Shown piece by piece: positions 26,836 to 39,825 of a DNA stretch of 64,000 nt (its first letter is position 1; each line of letters starts with the position of its first letter). The stretch covers positions 11,098,001-11,162,000 of the forward strand of contig NC_047021.1 in the NCBI RefSeq assembly GCF_902652985.1. Reading direction: 5' to 3'. This stretch comes from Pecten maximus (taxonomy: Eukaryota). The position numbers and the translations under genes are program-made. The notes under the pieces are model-generated. The model saw only the letters and a list, made by a program, of their open reading frames with translations, was not told the DNA's origin and did no database searches.

Positions 26836-29119
26836 TCTAAAAAAATAAGAACAAATATCAGCGAAAATAGTTGAAATACAATGAACTTGTGCCATACACT
26901 ACATGCATTCATTTGTGATTCATGAACATTGTATTTACTTACCACAATCATTTACTACGTAGCTGAAGAGAATTGGCACATATAGTTTATTTATCGTTTT
27001 TATTGTACAATACGTGTACCTGTTCATTTATTATATACGCGCGCGAAAGAGAACGTTAATGGTACCGCTGTCTGTTTTCTGAAGAAGCTACTATATAAAG
27101 ACAAGGATCGACTGAATTCCTGTGACAAGAGTGGCATAGTCACATAGACCGAGAGTGACGTCACACACACCCAGAACTTATAAACAAGAAACTCACACTG
27201 CACCTAAAATCAATTAATGTCTCCGAAAATACAGATGATCGATTTAAAGAATTTAATCAAATATCTAAAGCTAATCGATGTTGAAATTCGGTAAAATATT
27301 GCAAATATTCATGTAATGACTAATGTCAAAACATGTTAACGAAAACGTCATTAAAGTCCCATCACTAACCGGATACAAAACTTAAAAGTCATCGTGTAGG
27401 TGTTGTAAGAAATAGCCATTTATCAGATAACATCCCGAGTCAGTACGTGCGAGCGGATGTGCGAGGGTGTCATTAAATAAAGCTACAATAAACTTTATAC
27501 ATATTACAAGCTACAATTAAAGTATAAATCTTCTTATACTAATCTTGTTTTCAAACATTTCTTACGTACATCATGCAAAATAACATAGACTAAAATAAAA
27601 ATTCATCTTCGTCAATCGATATCATTTGGATTACATAGAGTACAATTTTTCAAGTGTCGATGAAAATTTAGGAAGTGCGCTACATGTACCACCCAGTCAA
27701 TACCTGTTGCGGCTGCTTAGCACAGTAAGGGGAAGGAGATCACCAGCAAATACCAGTAAAAATAACAAAACCTGAGGGAATGTTTTCAAAAAAAAGTAGT
27801 GTTTTGATTTAATCTAGCTATCGCAGAGGGTTCTACATGTCGCTATATAAAGTAAACCGACAGAACCAACTGATATACAGTGAACTTTAGTAATTGCAGG
27901 ACATATGTATACATGTAGTAAGGTTTCCTAGAGCAAAATTTATATTTCGTGGGCGAGAATTCTACTTCTGAGGGCAGCATTCTGATCTCGAGGGGAACAT
28001 TCGAATTTTGAGGCGAACATACAAGTCGTAGGGCAAACATTATAATACTGGGCGAGCAATTCGTTGGGTGATCATTCCAATTCGGGGCGAGCATTCAACT
28101 TCTGAGGGCAGCATTTTGATTTCGATGCGGACTCCTGCTGTTCTGATGGTTATGTATCCTTAACGTGAACTGAATCTACAGTGCACTAATCCCAGAGCGA
28201 GTTACTATAACGATGAATTGCTATACATATTTTGTTTAAACGACGTTGTGTGTCTAAGAGGAGAATTGCTCTTTGAGCACATGGTTCCTAGGCTAACCTG
28301 TGTGAAGGTCAGTTATATATGTATATACGCTAGCCTAATAACTTATAGTAATCGACAGTTTGGGTTGTCGAAGAATTAGCCCTTACATGCCAAACGATTA
28401 TCACGTTCACCTAAATTAACAATAATCCATCGTAATCAGGTTAAATCTGACAGTCCTCTTCATTCTCACGCGACGCTGTTAGCCGGGAATTCTGGGTAAT
28501 AGGGATTACAGATATTGTAATTATAATAACATATTACCTCCGAAACCCCCGATATAGCTATAATAGGGATCATATGATTTCATCAGCGCCACTACGCTAT
28601 TGTAATAAGCATTACTGATTTAGAGAATAGTGCTTAAAAGTACACGTAAGAGTATTAGACATGTTACGCATTTGGAAGGCTAATGAAGTCTAGAATTATT
28701 CAGGAGTTCGTACAATGAAGTCGAACATAACAAATAAAAACTGAATAGGGGGGGAAATAAATTAAAAATAAAAATAAACAAAACATACAAAAAATACAAC
28801 ACTTCTTGGATTTATTAAATGTGGTGAAATATTGATAGCCATAACCAGTTTATATATTATTGGATCAATGAAAATAGACTATTCATATAGCAAGAATGGT
28901 TCTTTAGGATATTTATCAAGATTATATTTAAGATGGGTAAAAAAAAAAAAAAAAACCAAAGAAAAAAAATATACATGTATAAGCATCGAAAAAGATCTAC
29001 ATAAGTATCAATGTTAACGTGGATATTGTATTTTTCCATCGGCCTCATGGTCTACTCAAGATAGGAAATACAGAAGCATATTTTTGTACATCCACGTACA
29101 ATTACCCTAGGACATTGCT

Positions 29120-30790
29120 CCCTACTGGGTATCTTGGTAAAGAGTAGGTGTATATATATCTAGTAGTATAACGATATTTTCCAGTTTGAAGTGTGATATA
29201 AAGTGTACATTGCATATGGTTTTAAAATCTATATCTTGATTGTTTCTGGACAGTTGCTCTGGATTTTTGTCCAATGGACCAATCTTTGAAGTATGGGTGT
29301 AGGTATCCATTGATACACAGTTGTTGGCTGAGTTTTAGACTTGAAACATCTCTTATAAAACATAACTGGAAAATAAACATATATAAAGTCCTATAAAGTC
29401 ATTTCTGTAAAGTCATGTTCATAATCGAACAAGTTACAATCTTCCACTAGATCTGATAAAAAATACACTCGCTTGAATACATGACAATTGGTATCCAAAG
29501 CCAGATCTCCAAACAGTTACAAAGAGTTACACACGTTCAAATGATCACCAAGACCATTTGTTAAAGACTGACATTCAAAGAAGAAGTCATAGGCATTTTT
29601 ACATTGATAGCCACAATATATATAATATGTGTCCTGGACTAAATTGGCACGGTAAAGATCGTTTGTGAGATGACTGCATTCTTTGTTCGGCTCTTAAACA
29701 GGAATAACAATATCATCATCACCTATGTCAGTAATGCTGCAAAGATTCAACTATTCAATAAATCTTGTTTGTCTGTTAAATTACTAATTAAGATGTTTTA
29801 GTGTCATATTTATAATAACGAATAATGATATTTAGTTACGTGATATGGTTAATGTTTTTAAGTATAACAGGTACGTGTTATATTGACGAATCAATCTTTT
29901 AGTCATCGTAACTTGTGTGACGACGAATTAATAGTTTTAGTCATCGTAACCTGTGTGACGACGAATTAAGACTTTTAGTCATCGTAACCTGTTTGACGAC
30001 GAATTAATTTGTACATTTAGTTGGATTAGTATGTACACTATTTTACAACAGTTTGTGATCAAATGTGTAAACAAACTTGTTGACATTTCATAACTGGTAA
30101 TTATATATACTAACTTGATACGGGGTTGTTGTCACTATTATTCCATATAAATGCTTCTGCTTCACTCCCTGACCGCTATCCGCTTCTAATTCGATAATTT
30201 GGTACGATATATCATCTGGACACTACAAGCCATAAGGAAGGTTTGGTTCCAAGGAAGCCTCATCCCCGACCTGTTAGGGTAATGTACAGATACGTCAGTC
30301 TCCGTAACTTGTGACCTGCTTCGGTTTACTGTAAACACACAACTGCCAATACATATACTTCCAATACACACAGACCAAATACTGGTATTTGTTTCTTTAA
30401 GTACATTAAACGGTGATTGAATGTTGGCCTCCGGAGCCTTTGGTTGGCTATTGTTAATAAGGTGTAGGACTTAATCTCAATTAAAAATACGATCTGGTAA
30501 TCCGTACAGCCGATTATACAACTGAACTGTTTATCAAACAGTGCTTTATAATAAAAAAGATTTTGAAATGGGAAGTAGCCCTCATTGAAAATGTTCCAGT
30601 GTTTTGTATCCCACGAAGAATGTTGAGTGTATGGAACATTATGGATATTCTCCAAGTACACCAGATTAAACTCATTGAGGCCAGCCGTATGTCAACCGTC
30701 ATATCACTGGAGCATGATCAGGTTCACAAACACTTCAATTTTGATTAGGAAGAAAAACTCTCATATTTCGTTGTCCATACGATATCAATG
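29120..30790 (-). mobile_element. Possible very old non-LTR retrotransposon fragments
   Basis: Weak minus-strand echoes of an endonuclease-region NG.LG.D motif (~29530-29560) and post-RT LG.YP and NHRL motifs (~30410-30660), with many stops. Confidence 0.3.
29885..30007. repeat. ~39-bp tandem repeat, 3 copies
   Basis: ttttagtcatcgtaacYtgtgtgacgacgaattaa repeated. Confidence 0.85.
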
Positions 30791-30844
30791 TAGCATTGTT
30801 ACGAAGAAAAAAATAGAAGCTATACATAAAACCTATTAAAATAC

Positions 30845-30960
30845 GGTAAGACAGGGGGGTAATGTATATAGTAAATGAGTGGTGATCTATATAGTAAGTA
30901 AGACTGGGTGGTAATTTATATAGTAAGTAAGATTTGGTGGTAATGTATATAGTAAGTAAG
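30845..30960. repeat. ~30-bp degenerate tandem repeat
   Basis: agtaagtaagactgggtggtaatKtatat-like units, about 4 copies. Confidence 0.7.
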
Positions 30961-31052
30961 AGTCGTGCCCTGACCGGGCCACGAACTCACGATCTACGAC
31001 ACCCTATCGCCCAGCCACAAACACCCACAGCTTATACCACTGCGCCACATCC
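30961..31052 (-). mobile_element. tRNA-derived SINE head or tRNA-like fragment
   Basis: Minus strand reads ggatgTGGCGCAGTGGtata...gaGTTCGtggCCcgg, i.e. an A box and a degenerate B box. Confidence 0.55.
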
Positions 31053-31234
31053 AAGTTCTTAAAACAGACGTTTCATTGGCGCAGCTATAATCGGCCCTAT
31101 GCTCTGACATGATGACAGTGACAAATCGTCTATTAGTTGATAGGAACTCATGTATATAGATAATGGATGCGAATTGTACAAATATTACACATTGTCACCA
31201 CAGTACAACTACGACTGGAAATTCAAATCTTTAA

Positions 31235-31945
31235 AGTCGCATATTCCCAAATAACCTAAATCCTAGTTGTACACATGTATTGATGGCAACCAACCTGATC
31301 ATTCACTCTCACTTTACATTAAAATGATAATTGAACTGGACGCTTGACGAGGAGAATCCATGCGATATCATTGTACACTACACATAAACTACACACATCA
31401 TTTGAACATATTAGCAAAATGTTTTCGTTATAACTGATCAATATAAACAAGCATACACCTAAGTACTTGATTTCGATACACCTAGCAATATGCACACAAT
31501 TCAACATCGATAAAATTCAGATCGGTGAAGTTGACAATGGTCGGGGAATACGGAAAAATCTGACCAGATGATCTAATCTAATAGACGTCCGGCAAAATAA
31601 GAATTTAAGGCTATTCCTTTTTCTTCTCTTACTAAGTTCAAACGAAATAATTCTTTTCCTAAGGAGATCCTGGGGTTTTACAGATTCCAGTCCCTTTAAC
31701 GTTTCTTTTTGGCAGAATCTGTCTTAAATTTTTGATGTCCACGCTTTCGGCGTTCAGCCATTTTGGGTTGACTGATAGCTCGCCTATTGCATTGTGGGGC
31801 TAATTTGCATAGAAACTTGGTCCGTCGAACCCAGTTATTATTTTTTGGAATATCCTGTGTCAAAAATGTCATAAATACACATTTTCCTCCAGTTTTTGAT
31901 TTGCGATAATTTAAAGTCTGGAAACTATAAAGAGTTCAGAATGTC
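31235..31945 (-). mobile_element. Second, diverged copy of the Kolobok-like element at 10449-11268
   Basis: Begins TTAA|AGTCGCATATTCCC. Its reverse complement is colinear with about 10485-11268 (e.g. cattgtcaacttcaccgatct, attttgccggacgtc, cccacaatgcaa). The far TIR is eroded, with a possible remnant near 32065-32100. Confidence 0.8.
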
Positions 31946-33899
31946 GAGGCAATCCGTCCCTTTATCAAGACTTAAAGAATACAACTACAATCACACGATA
32001 TATGAACAGTTCTAGAAATACAAAAGATTTATATATATAACTTTGTTTTAAAGATAAATTCTGTATTGATAATTTTTCTCTTGATAGCTAGAACTTTGAA
32101 TTTGAGGAATGATACAGATTTGTTTTTATAAATGCCGTCTTGTAAATGAAGTTAATCCCCACGAGAAAGCAACATGACCCAGATAAAACAGTTCATCTTA
32201 GCTTTCCTACCTAGATCTGTAACTACTGCTCAGATTTCAACTGGTCATTTTTATAGGAGCCGAGCATTCTGCATTTGATAATTACATACTAGTTAAATTA
32301 TAGACTCGACAGCATGCCAAGTGAAAACAGAAGGGGACGAGAGTTGTTTTTCTCGGGGTAACGATCTCGCGGCCACTATGTCACGCCCCCTCAACTTCCT
32401 GTTTTCACCTGAAATTTCTTTAACAGCAGCAACATATTTACCGTTAAGTCGCGTCAAGTATGGAGACTGTCAATGAACAACCCTAAATATAGCCGTGTAG
32501 GTAGGTAAATCAGACACGGACATCTATCAATGTTTAAATGTTAACTGTTTAGGTGACAAAGACATTCTGGAGAGTGAATGATCTGTTGGTATAGTTCTCT
32601 AGTGACTCTCCTTGGGGGTACGTTGCCACACCATTCCACTTTATATACATTGTAGAGTGATCAATATCGTGTAGGATTTCCGATACTAATATTATTTTAT
32701 TGAAATGTCATGCTATTATATTAAGCTTACGGGTAGAATTACAGGTGTGCCAATAAATACCTTTAAATCGTTAGTACCTGATCAGGGTCAACCGTAAACT
32801 AATATCCCCAGTCATTTCTCTACTTGTCTAAATACAACAGCATCTATTTACAACGTGCTTTCTGTCTCCTCGTTTCTAGATAACCATAAGAAAGCATTCC
32901 ATGTATATGTATGTGATGTTTCATATGTTTATTCATACACGGACCCCCTGAGAGGGTAAAAAACGGGAAAACATAATAAGTTGTCTCACTCGTGATGAGA
33001 TTCATGTACAATATATGTACATGTGCATCAAATGACTAATAATGGGTTTCACTGAATTGAAACATACTTGTTCCAATTGTCACCGAATAAGAAATATGGG
33101 ACTTTATTTAACAATGAACCATCTAATGCATCTATTGACACTGTAGCTATGAAGATTGACCTATAGCTGACAGCTTGAAACTTATGCTGACACATAAAGT
33201 GCTATATATAAAACACGGGGCCAGGATCTACTTAATAAGCTTATCTTTACTACCTATATGTATTCTGTATGCTAAATTGACATATATGTATACTTAACAT
33301 AACAATATAGCATCAGGAACTCAAGACACTGGCATATATACATACATACATATATAAAGCAAAAACGTTATAAATATGTACACCGTAGCCCTACCGTGTG
33401 CGACACTGTGTGCTTTAACGTATAACGCAAAGCACATAAATATCAGTCTCATAATTATCATACAATGATACAAAATCTTATATGTAACTTATACAATGAG
33501 GAAACATGTGATAATTTAAATGAATTGATATACCTAAAGATGGTGGCAGTTGGGAAATTAGAAATAAAATGATGGAGGCCGGTAGCTCCCAAAATATTTA
33601 CACTTTGACCAAAGCACAGTACGTAGGTAGTTGTGATGTTCAAAGTCTCTGACCAATACATAAAACAGCTACGGGGATAATTATTTAATATACTAAAATA
33701 CTGTCGGAAATTGAGATTTATTTATTGGCTAATCAAATGTGTTATATCTAGGATGAATTGGAGTGGATGCTATAAATAGCGAATTCTTGTTTTTTTTTTT
33801 TTTTTGTATCATCATGTAAATCTCACCGTTTTCGCAATACAGCTCAATTTTGGAAAACTATGTTCCGTTTTCTAAAAATGCAATATGTAAGTTGGATAT

Positions 33900-35050
33900 T
33901 CCTGTTGGTATGAAAAAATCAATTTAAATCGCCTTGCAAGGCGATACATTCGTGGGGTAAGTCGACAGACTATTGACAGTGAAACGAATATTCTTGCCAC
34001 GTGTTGACACATAAAACCCAGCTTCCGTTATAATAATGAAGTCTAAAACTGTATTACATATTCTAGTGTTTTGTTTGTCCGACTTGTTACTCAAATTACG
34101 CTCTACCCAAATTTCTAGATTTCATTTATAATACTATTTGTCAGAGGGACAGCCGTATTGTGATACAATATAAACTTCTCCAGGAGTATATTAACGGAAT
34201 GTTAACTTCAAAAAAGTACCCAAAGAATTTTTCATCAAGATTGAACCTCCTCTCATGAAAAACAAAATAGTCTTCGCAATTTAAACAGTGGTTTCATTTG
34301 CTACTCCGTACACTACCATACAATGTACCATATTCATAGTGTATGGAACCTCTGTTCTCTTAGTGTTAAAGCCTTTCCCCAAAAGAAAGGCATGTTTGTG
34401 TTAGCTATGCTGGGACGTATTTTGTAAAACGAATGACTGAGGTCGAGATGAATTTCTGGTAGACAATATCTTAGTTGAGTTTTCTTCCAAGTCCTTCCAG
34501 CATGTTATTGGCATACACATCGGGGAAATAAGTTGGAAGGAAATTGCGTGTTACTGTAGTTTTATTCTCCGATGTTTTCCTACTAGGCTGATCATACTAA
34601 AGAGCTTATCCGGTACAGTAACCTACTTGGCAATTTCCTTCGTTGTTCTTTTAAGATATACTGATGATGTGTTGTCTTTTTTATAATGATGTCCTTGTCC
34701 ATTGGATATACCACACTAGATACTTTCAAATCAAGGACACTGCAGGCTGATAATATACAAGTATTGTATTTCGATAAGGTCGACACATAGTTTTATTAAC
34801 CTGACAAAAATAATGACCGATGACGAAGCTATCTTACCTACAGGTTGATGAAAACAACAGAAACATCTTATCATATAAACTCCACATCCTGATAGTATAT
34901 TTGGTTGTGTGATATCACGTCAAATATGTTCAATGTTTGTTGGTATGCCTAGTGGTTCCGTTGTCACCATCCAGGTTCCATAGTGAGAGCGTGTACATGT
35001 ATGCTCGACCTAGATTTTCTTGGAGGGTGTCGTTATGTATCAGATAACGC
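33900..35050 (+). mobile_element. Decayed Penelope-like element reverse transcriptase
   Basis: Degenerate F.T.YTTI (~34295-34322), EFLVDNILVEFSSKSFQHVIGIHIG (~34450-34525; cf. FL.DNIFV.FG...FQQ..GIPMG) and RYTDDVLS (~34655-34678; cf. FRYIDDVLS). Confidence 0.7.
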
Positions 35051-35365
35051 CTAATCGTCTAGGACACGTCGTCGTGTCCTTCCTGTATTTTGATAAATGG
35101 TATCAATGTATAATATTTTGTAGTTATTTGTTTCATAGATTTTGACTTAGAATTGCTATTTGTTTCTCATGTGTGTAGTTTCTTTTTGATTTGGTATTGG
35201 TTTTTAAACCTATAAAAACAGTACTATTGAGGTACACAGTTGTAACCACAAATTCTGATAATGAGTTCAATATCAACGTAAAGAATTTGAACCCACTGAT
35301 TCGAAAGGAAAAATGCATAGGCATATCTATCTTCTATCGAGTTCGTTTGATTACGTCTGTTTCCA

Positions 35366-35560
35366 TGGTGGTCGGATGGCACAAGTGAAACAAATTAACT
35401 TGCCTTTCACCTACAACTGTAGGCGGCCGGAGATCGATTTGCCAATAGAACGTAAAAAAAGCACGTGGTCACTTGCCCGGCCACGTAGGTTTTCTCTGGG
35501 TACTCCGGTTTCCTCCCACAGTACGTCTCTTCGCCAACAATTGCTTATGATTTGATATAA
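35366..35560 (+). mobile_element. V-SINE-type element (tRNA head plus V domain)
   Basis: Core ggttttctctgggtactccggtttcctcccaca at 35488-35520 is the conserved V-domain motif, with degenerate A/B boxes upstream. Confidence 0.7.
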
Positions 35561-35667
35561 CTTGTTTCGAAAGTGATGTAAAATGTAAATTACAATAGTG
35601 TACCTCGCACAAGGACAGAACCAAACCAGCAGCACAGAACCGTATTTGATATCAGCTTAGAAACCCA

Positions 35668-35758
35668 ACGCGCCCAAAGTAGGTATCGAACCACACACCT
35701 TGGATCTTCTCTCAGGATTACATTGTCTGACGCTCTACCGACTAAGCTATGGTCGCCC
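35668..35758 (-). pseudogene. tRNA-derived pseudogene or SINE head
   Basis: Minus strand TAGCTTAGTCGGTAGAGCG (D arm/A box) and GGTTCGATACC (T loop/B box) are present, but the acceptor stem does not pair. Confidence 0.6.
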
Positions 35759-36139
35759 CTACTTTTAAAGAGCACCTAGGAATTTGACAATACACTTCTG
35801 TGAGCCTTGTATGATCTAAAACTAAACCACAGGCCAGACATGCCTGATGTACAGTACAGGTACCAAGGGTTTTATTGTATTGACATTTCGGAGTTCATAG
35901 TTGGGTGTGATTGTAAGAACATAATCTTGTGTTCTAAGTTGTTACTACATATAGACCGGCCGCTAGGCGAATAAATATAGTTTACATATTTTAGTAACAT
36001 ACCAACAAACTACCCGTCATTGTTAAGAACGCCCCCGCCACCAGTATAATGTCTAGGTGGCCAAGTATTATTGAGGTTATGGCGGGGCTGGGGTTTGGGG
36101 TGAATCGATAAAAGCATACAAAAAAACCTTAAAGCACAA

Positions 36140-36445
36140 TAAAGACACATAACTATTATTGTTGATAAACAACAATAACCAACTTTTGAATCAATAACGA
36201 CATATCATTAATATCGTTAATAAACAACAATAAACAACATTAAAACGCCATAACGACATATCACTAGTGTTGCTTATAAACAACAATAAACATATATAAT
36301 TAAACGCAATTGCAGCATATCAGTGTTATCGCTTGTGAATAAAAATAAACAGTATTAAAACGCAAACAAACAACAATGTATTACTAGTGTCATTAATTGA
36401 CAACAATAGAAACTATCAAAATATTAAAAAGCAATAACAAAAACA
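36140..36445. repeat. Degenerate ~60-bp A/C-rich tandem repeat
   Basis: Recurring ataaacaacaataa...ttaaaacgc.ataacgacatatca units. Confidence 0.6.
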
Positions 36446-37070
36446 ATCCTGACTGAGATGGTTTATAGTACACCTGATGACCGATTCAAAGGATAACTTG
36501 TTTTTACTTTGACTAGACCTATGTCAGACGGTTCCCATGCCTAACGTCTGCTTGATAAGAACGCTTTTTATTGTTATGTAATTGTCAAGCTCACTATTTC
36601 ACCTTAGCTTTTTTTTCATATTCTGCCTTTCCGCATTCTACAGTATTGTTTCACATTTTTATGTTCTGATTCCTTTGGTGATTTCTTTCTCCCTTTTTGT
36701 GTTCTACTTTTCTACAATTTTCCTTTGAAGCAACAAGGTAAGTTGTGTCCTGTATTTCGCATTGAGCATGCTTCGAATTGGAACAAGCTTATATTCTATT
36801 GAGAGGGATGGTTGTTGCGATTTGTAAGGGAATGATCTGACAACTGTTGAACGATATTATTCGTAACAGAGAGTCTGTAGTCTGATTAGAAGACGTTTTC
36901 TGACACTGTATATATGTTATGCGGATTCCTGAATATCTATATCCGCAACAGACTAACATGGAATGTTTTAATGCGTGGTGCTAAGAGATCGGTCCTTGAG
37001 TCGCAGATACCGATACCTAGCCCTCACAGGTGTTTGATAACCCCTGACAACATCCACGCGCCCTGTCATG

Positions 37071-37130
37071 TGACGTCATTCTCACGACTGACACGTTATA
37101 AAGCGACACACACACACGGCGTGTGATCAG
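37071..37130 (+). promoter_or_regulatory. Putative core promoter of the perlustrin-like gene
   Basis: CRE palindrome TGACGTCA (37071-37078), TATAAA (37097-37102) and an Inr-like tcag about 27 nt downstream, roughly 140 nt before the ATG. Confidence 0.55.
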
Positions 37131-37267
37131 AAGAGTGCCTGTCCGATATATCTAGTCCAGGCACAATAGCCAACTTTAAATCCGTCATTATCTAACATTT
37201 AATTTCTGAATCACGGTAAAAGTAAATTGTATCTGATCATATTAGTTTTGTGGAATCAACGGAATCG

Positions 37268-39825
37268 ATGAAGACCTTCATTTGCGCATGCGCGGTGGCA
37301 GTGTTGGTGGTAGTGGTGGAGGTATGGGGTGATGAACCAGTACTGCCTTGCTCACCTTGTTACAATGTCACATGCGGCGATCCTCCGGAGAACTGCGAGC
37401 TTGACAAGATCCCATGTGGGTGTTGTCCCACGTGCGTTAGACTAGAGGGACAACTATGCGAGCCTTTCGCCCCCAGGTATTGTGTAAAATAACATTTCAA
37501 ATTTTATATTTAAATATTCATTCAGCATACGAACGTACCCTTTACTTTGTTACAGATTATATAAGTGTTAAGGTAACATTCAACACGTATCCAATCATTT
37601 GTACATTTGTACAGCCAGATTCACGCGTAGTTTGCCAATGTGGAACGAAATGGTCGACCACCAGGGTCATGTCATTCACAGATGAGGAATTATATCAATT
37701 GATATTATTAGTGTGTGTACATCGTTTTTATCATATCATCATATTTTTCATTGTTCTGATTGGCTGAAATAGTGTCACGTGATTTCCGATGAAAAGTAAA
37801 TATTTACTGGCCGTGAAGAAAAGAAAAATCTGGTCGAAATATTGGTTAACTGTGTGTTTCTAAAAATAAATAAATTATAAATTACTTCTCCTTCGTTTTA
37901 TTCAACAGTGTAAAATATCGTCCAAGCTTTCAAACATCACAAACATTAATAATGATCGTTAGAATATCAGATATCGTAAGAATTAATGTATTGATTGCAT
38001 TTTAATGTATCTGTGTTACTTGTACTGTTTTCATTGTGTGATTTTTTTAAAATGATACAGTCATTTATAATAAAACTACATGTATTATAGCCCTTTGCTT
38101 TCGGTTGATATGACATTTCAGTAATTTTCAATGTAAAATTGCCCAGGATTTTGCTCATCGTGTTTTTTATTTATCTAAATGTGTAAATACTGTTTAAAAC
38201 AACCAGTTAATTTAATTTCCCTTTAGACATCTGCTGTTGACATTTTATAAGAAGATCAATAATGTCTTCTTAGCAGTCTCTTAGTCTCCCCATCCTCTTG
38301 TTGACATTTATGGTTTGTGTTGATAACCTTATATGATGTTGAAGATGTGGTTACGGCCTGAAATGCCTTACCCCCGGGGGATTTTATGACGGACGGCCCC
38401 CATGGTACATGCAACATATGAGAGGTGTTTGTGTCAAAGGCCCCCAGACACACACTGGCCCAATCCTCAAGGCAGGAAAACCATCGACAGCTCCGATCGT
38501 GTCTGCCGCAGGTAGGGTTAATATCTAAATTTCGACATATGTTTTGCGCTTGCTTGTGCTTGGTATTATTATCACTGTATTTCATAATATTGTTGTTTGT
38601 CTATAACGGAACTTTTTGTATATTCTATGAATGTTTTGTGACTTTTGTAATATTCTGTGTCTTAACAAAGGTGCGGATCGCCTTTTTGTTGACTGTGCAG
38701 TCATACTTCATCGATGCAGCATATATTTGTAACAGAGCCGAGAAATATAAAAATATAAGACAGTATTTGGATACCTACCTCAAACACGAAATTCGGTTTG
38801 GACATGTTTAAATCATTGATCCGACGGCTTTTATAATAAGGAACAGAATGCGAATGTTATAAATATCACCCATTGTGCTAGAGGCTGGCAGCAGGACTCC
38901 CAAACCCTTGCAACCCAGTAAATCTTTGCTTGGGGGGGGGGGGGGGGGGGGGGGGGGATAGAATATGCGTGTTTACATAAAAATATATATTACCTCCCAT
39001 TAAATACGGACCTGTGTCGTAATTTCTGATCTATCCAAACTGAAATTCATTCTTAATACTGCTGTCAGCTTCATAGAGCAACATCAAGACATACTACTGG
39101 CTATAGTCACTATTTCTAGCATTGTGGCTAGGTTTGTATAGATAGCCACTGACATCATCATGGCGTTTAAGCATGTTTGAACTAAACAAGACATTGCTGA
39201 AACAGGCAACAACGTTTAATGAATATTTCCATCATAACTTGCCTTAGTTCGGAGGTATGACCGACAATATCTTATTGTTTAAGAAATGAACAGGTGATTA
39301 GAAGAAATTAGCCCTTCAAGCGATCTGATGTTATGCCAATGTCAAGTTTTCATTTTAGATCCAGCGTCAATAATTACATGTATGTTTTTACCGCAACTAT
39401 CAAACCCTAGAAACCGTTTCATTGTAGTTGTAACTAAGATTTTTTAGGTGAGCAAAAAACAAAAACACCTGGCTATCATTTACATGATCTGGAATCATCG
39501 GGTATTGAGTGGAAGGGTTGTGGTAGGGGGAACAGAAGTCTTCATCCACTGTACGTCTATATTTACCATAAAACTTAAGGACAAAATATATTAATATGGA
39601 TGATTATTCAAAATAATTCAAGAATTAGTAACTGAATTGGTCAATAAATCCGTACGCACGTGTTCGTGATCTGACGAGCTTCGCAATTTCAAAATAATAC
39701 ATTAAATCTCGTTCCTCAAGCCACTCAACATTCAAATTCTGAATTGATGAACCATCCATCTTTTTTTATAATAATCATAATAAATTATCATTATTTTAAT
39801 TTCAGACACGGGCGACAATGTGTAA
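37268..39825 (+). CDS. Secreted perlustrin-like single IGFBP N-terminal-domain protein (131 aa)
   Basis: Exons 37268-37476, 38345-38511 and 39806-39825 (GT-AG, phase-consistent, 396 nt). Signal peptide followed by 12 Cys including PCGCCPTC...GQLC...RC..GLKC...PW....GVC, matching the perlustrin/IGFBP-N spacing. The short last exon is the least certain. Confidence 0.88.

Noticed and set aside
26836-26895. N-terminal extension MAQVHCISTIFADICSYFFR from the ORF track
   Set aside because: It coincides with a polypyrimidine tract and AG acceptor, so it is most likely intron.
35668-35758. Functional intron-containing tRNA gene
   Set aside because: A and B boxes are present but the acceptor and anticodon stems do not pair; treated as a pseudogene or SINE head.
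38931-38957. Poly-G tract as a G-quadruplex element (also ~49343-49362)
   Set aside because: Simple homopolymers of this kind are common and error-prone in such assemblies, and nothing else supports a function.
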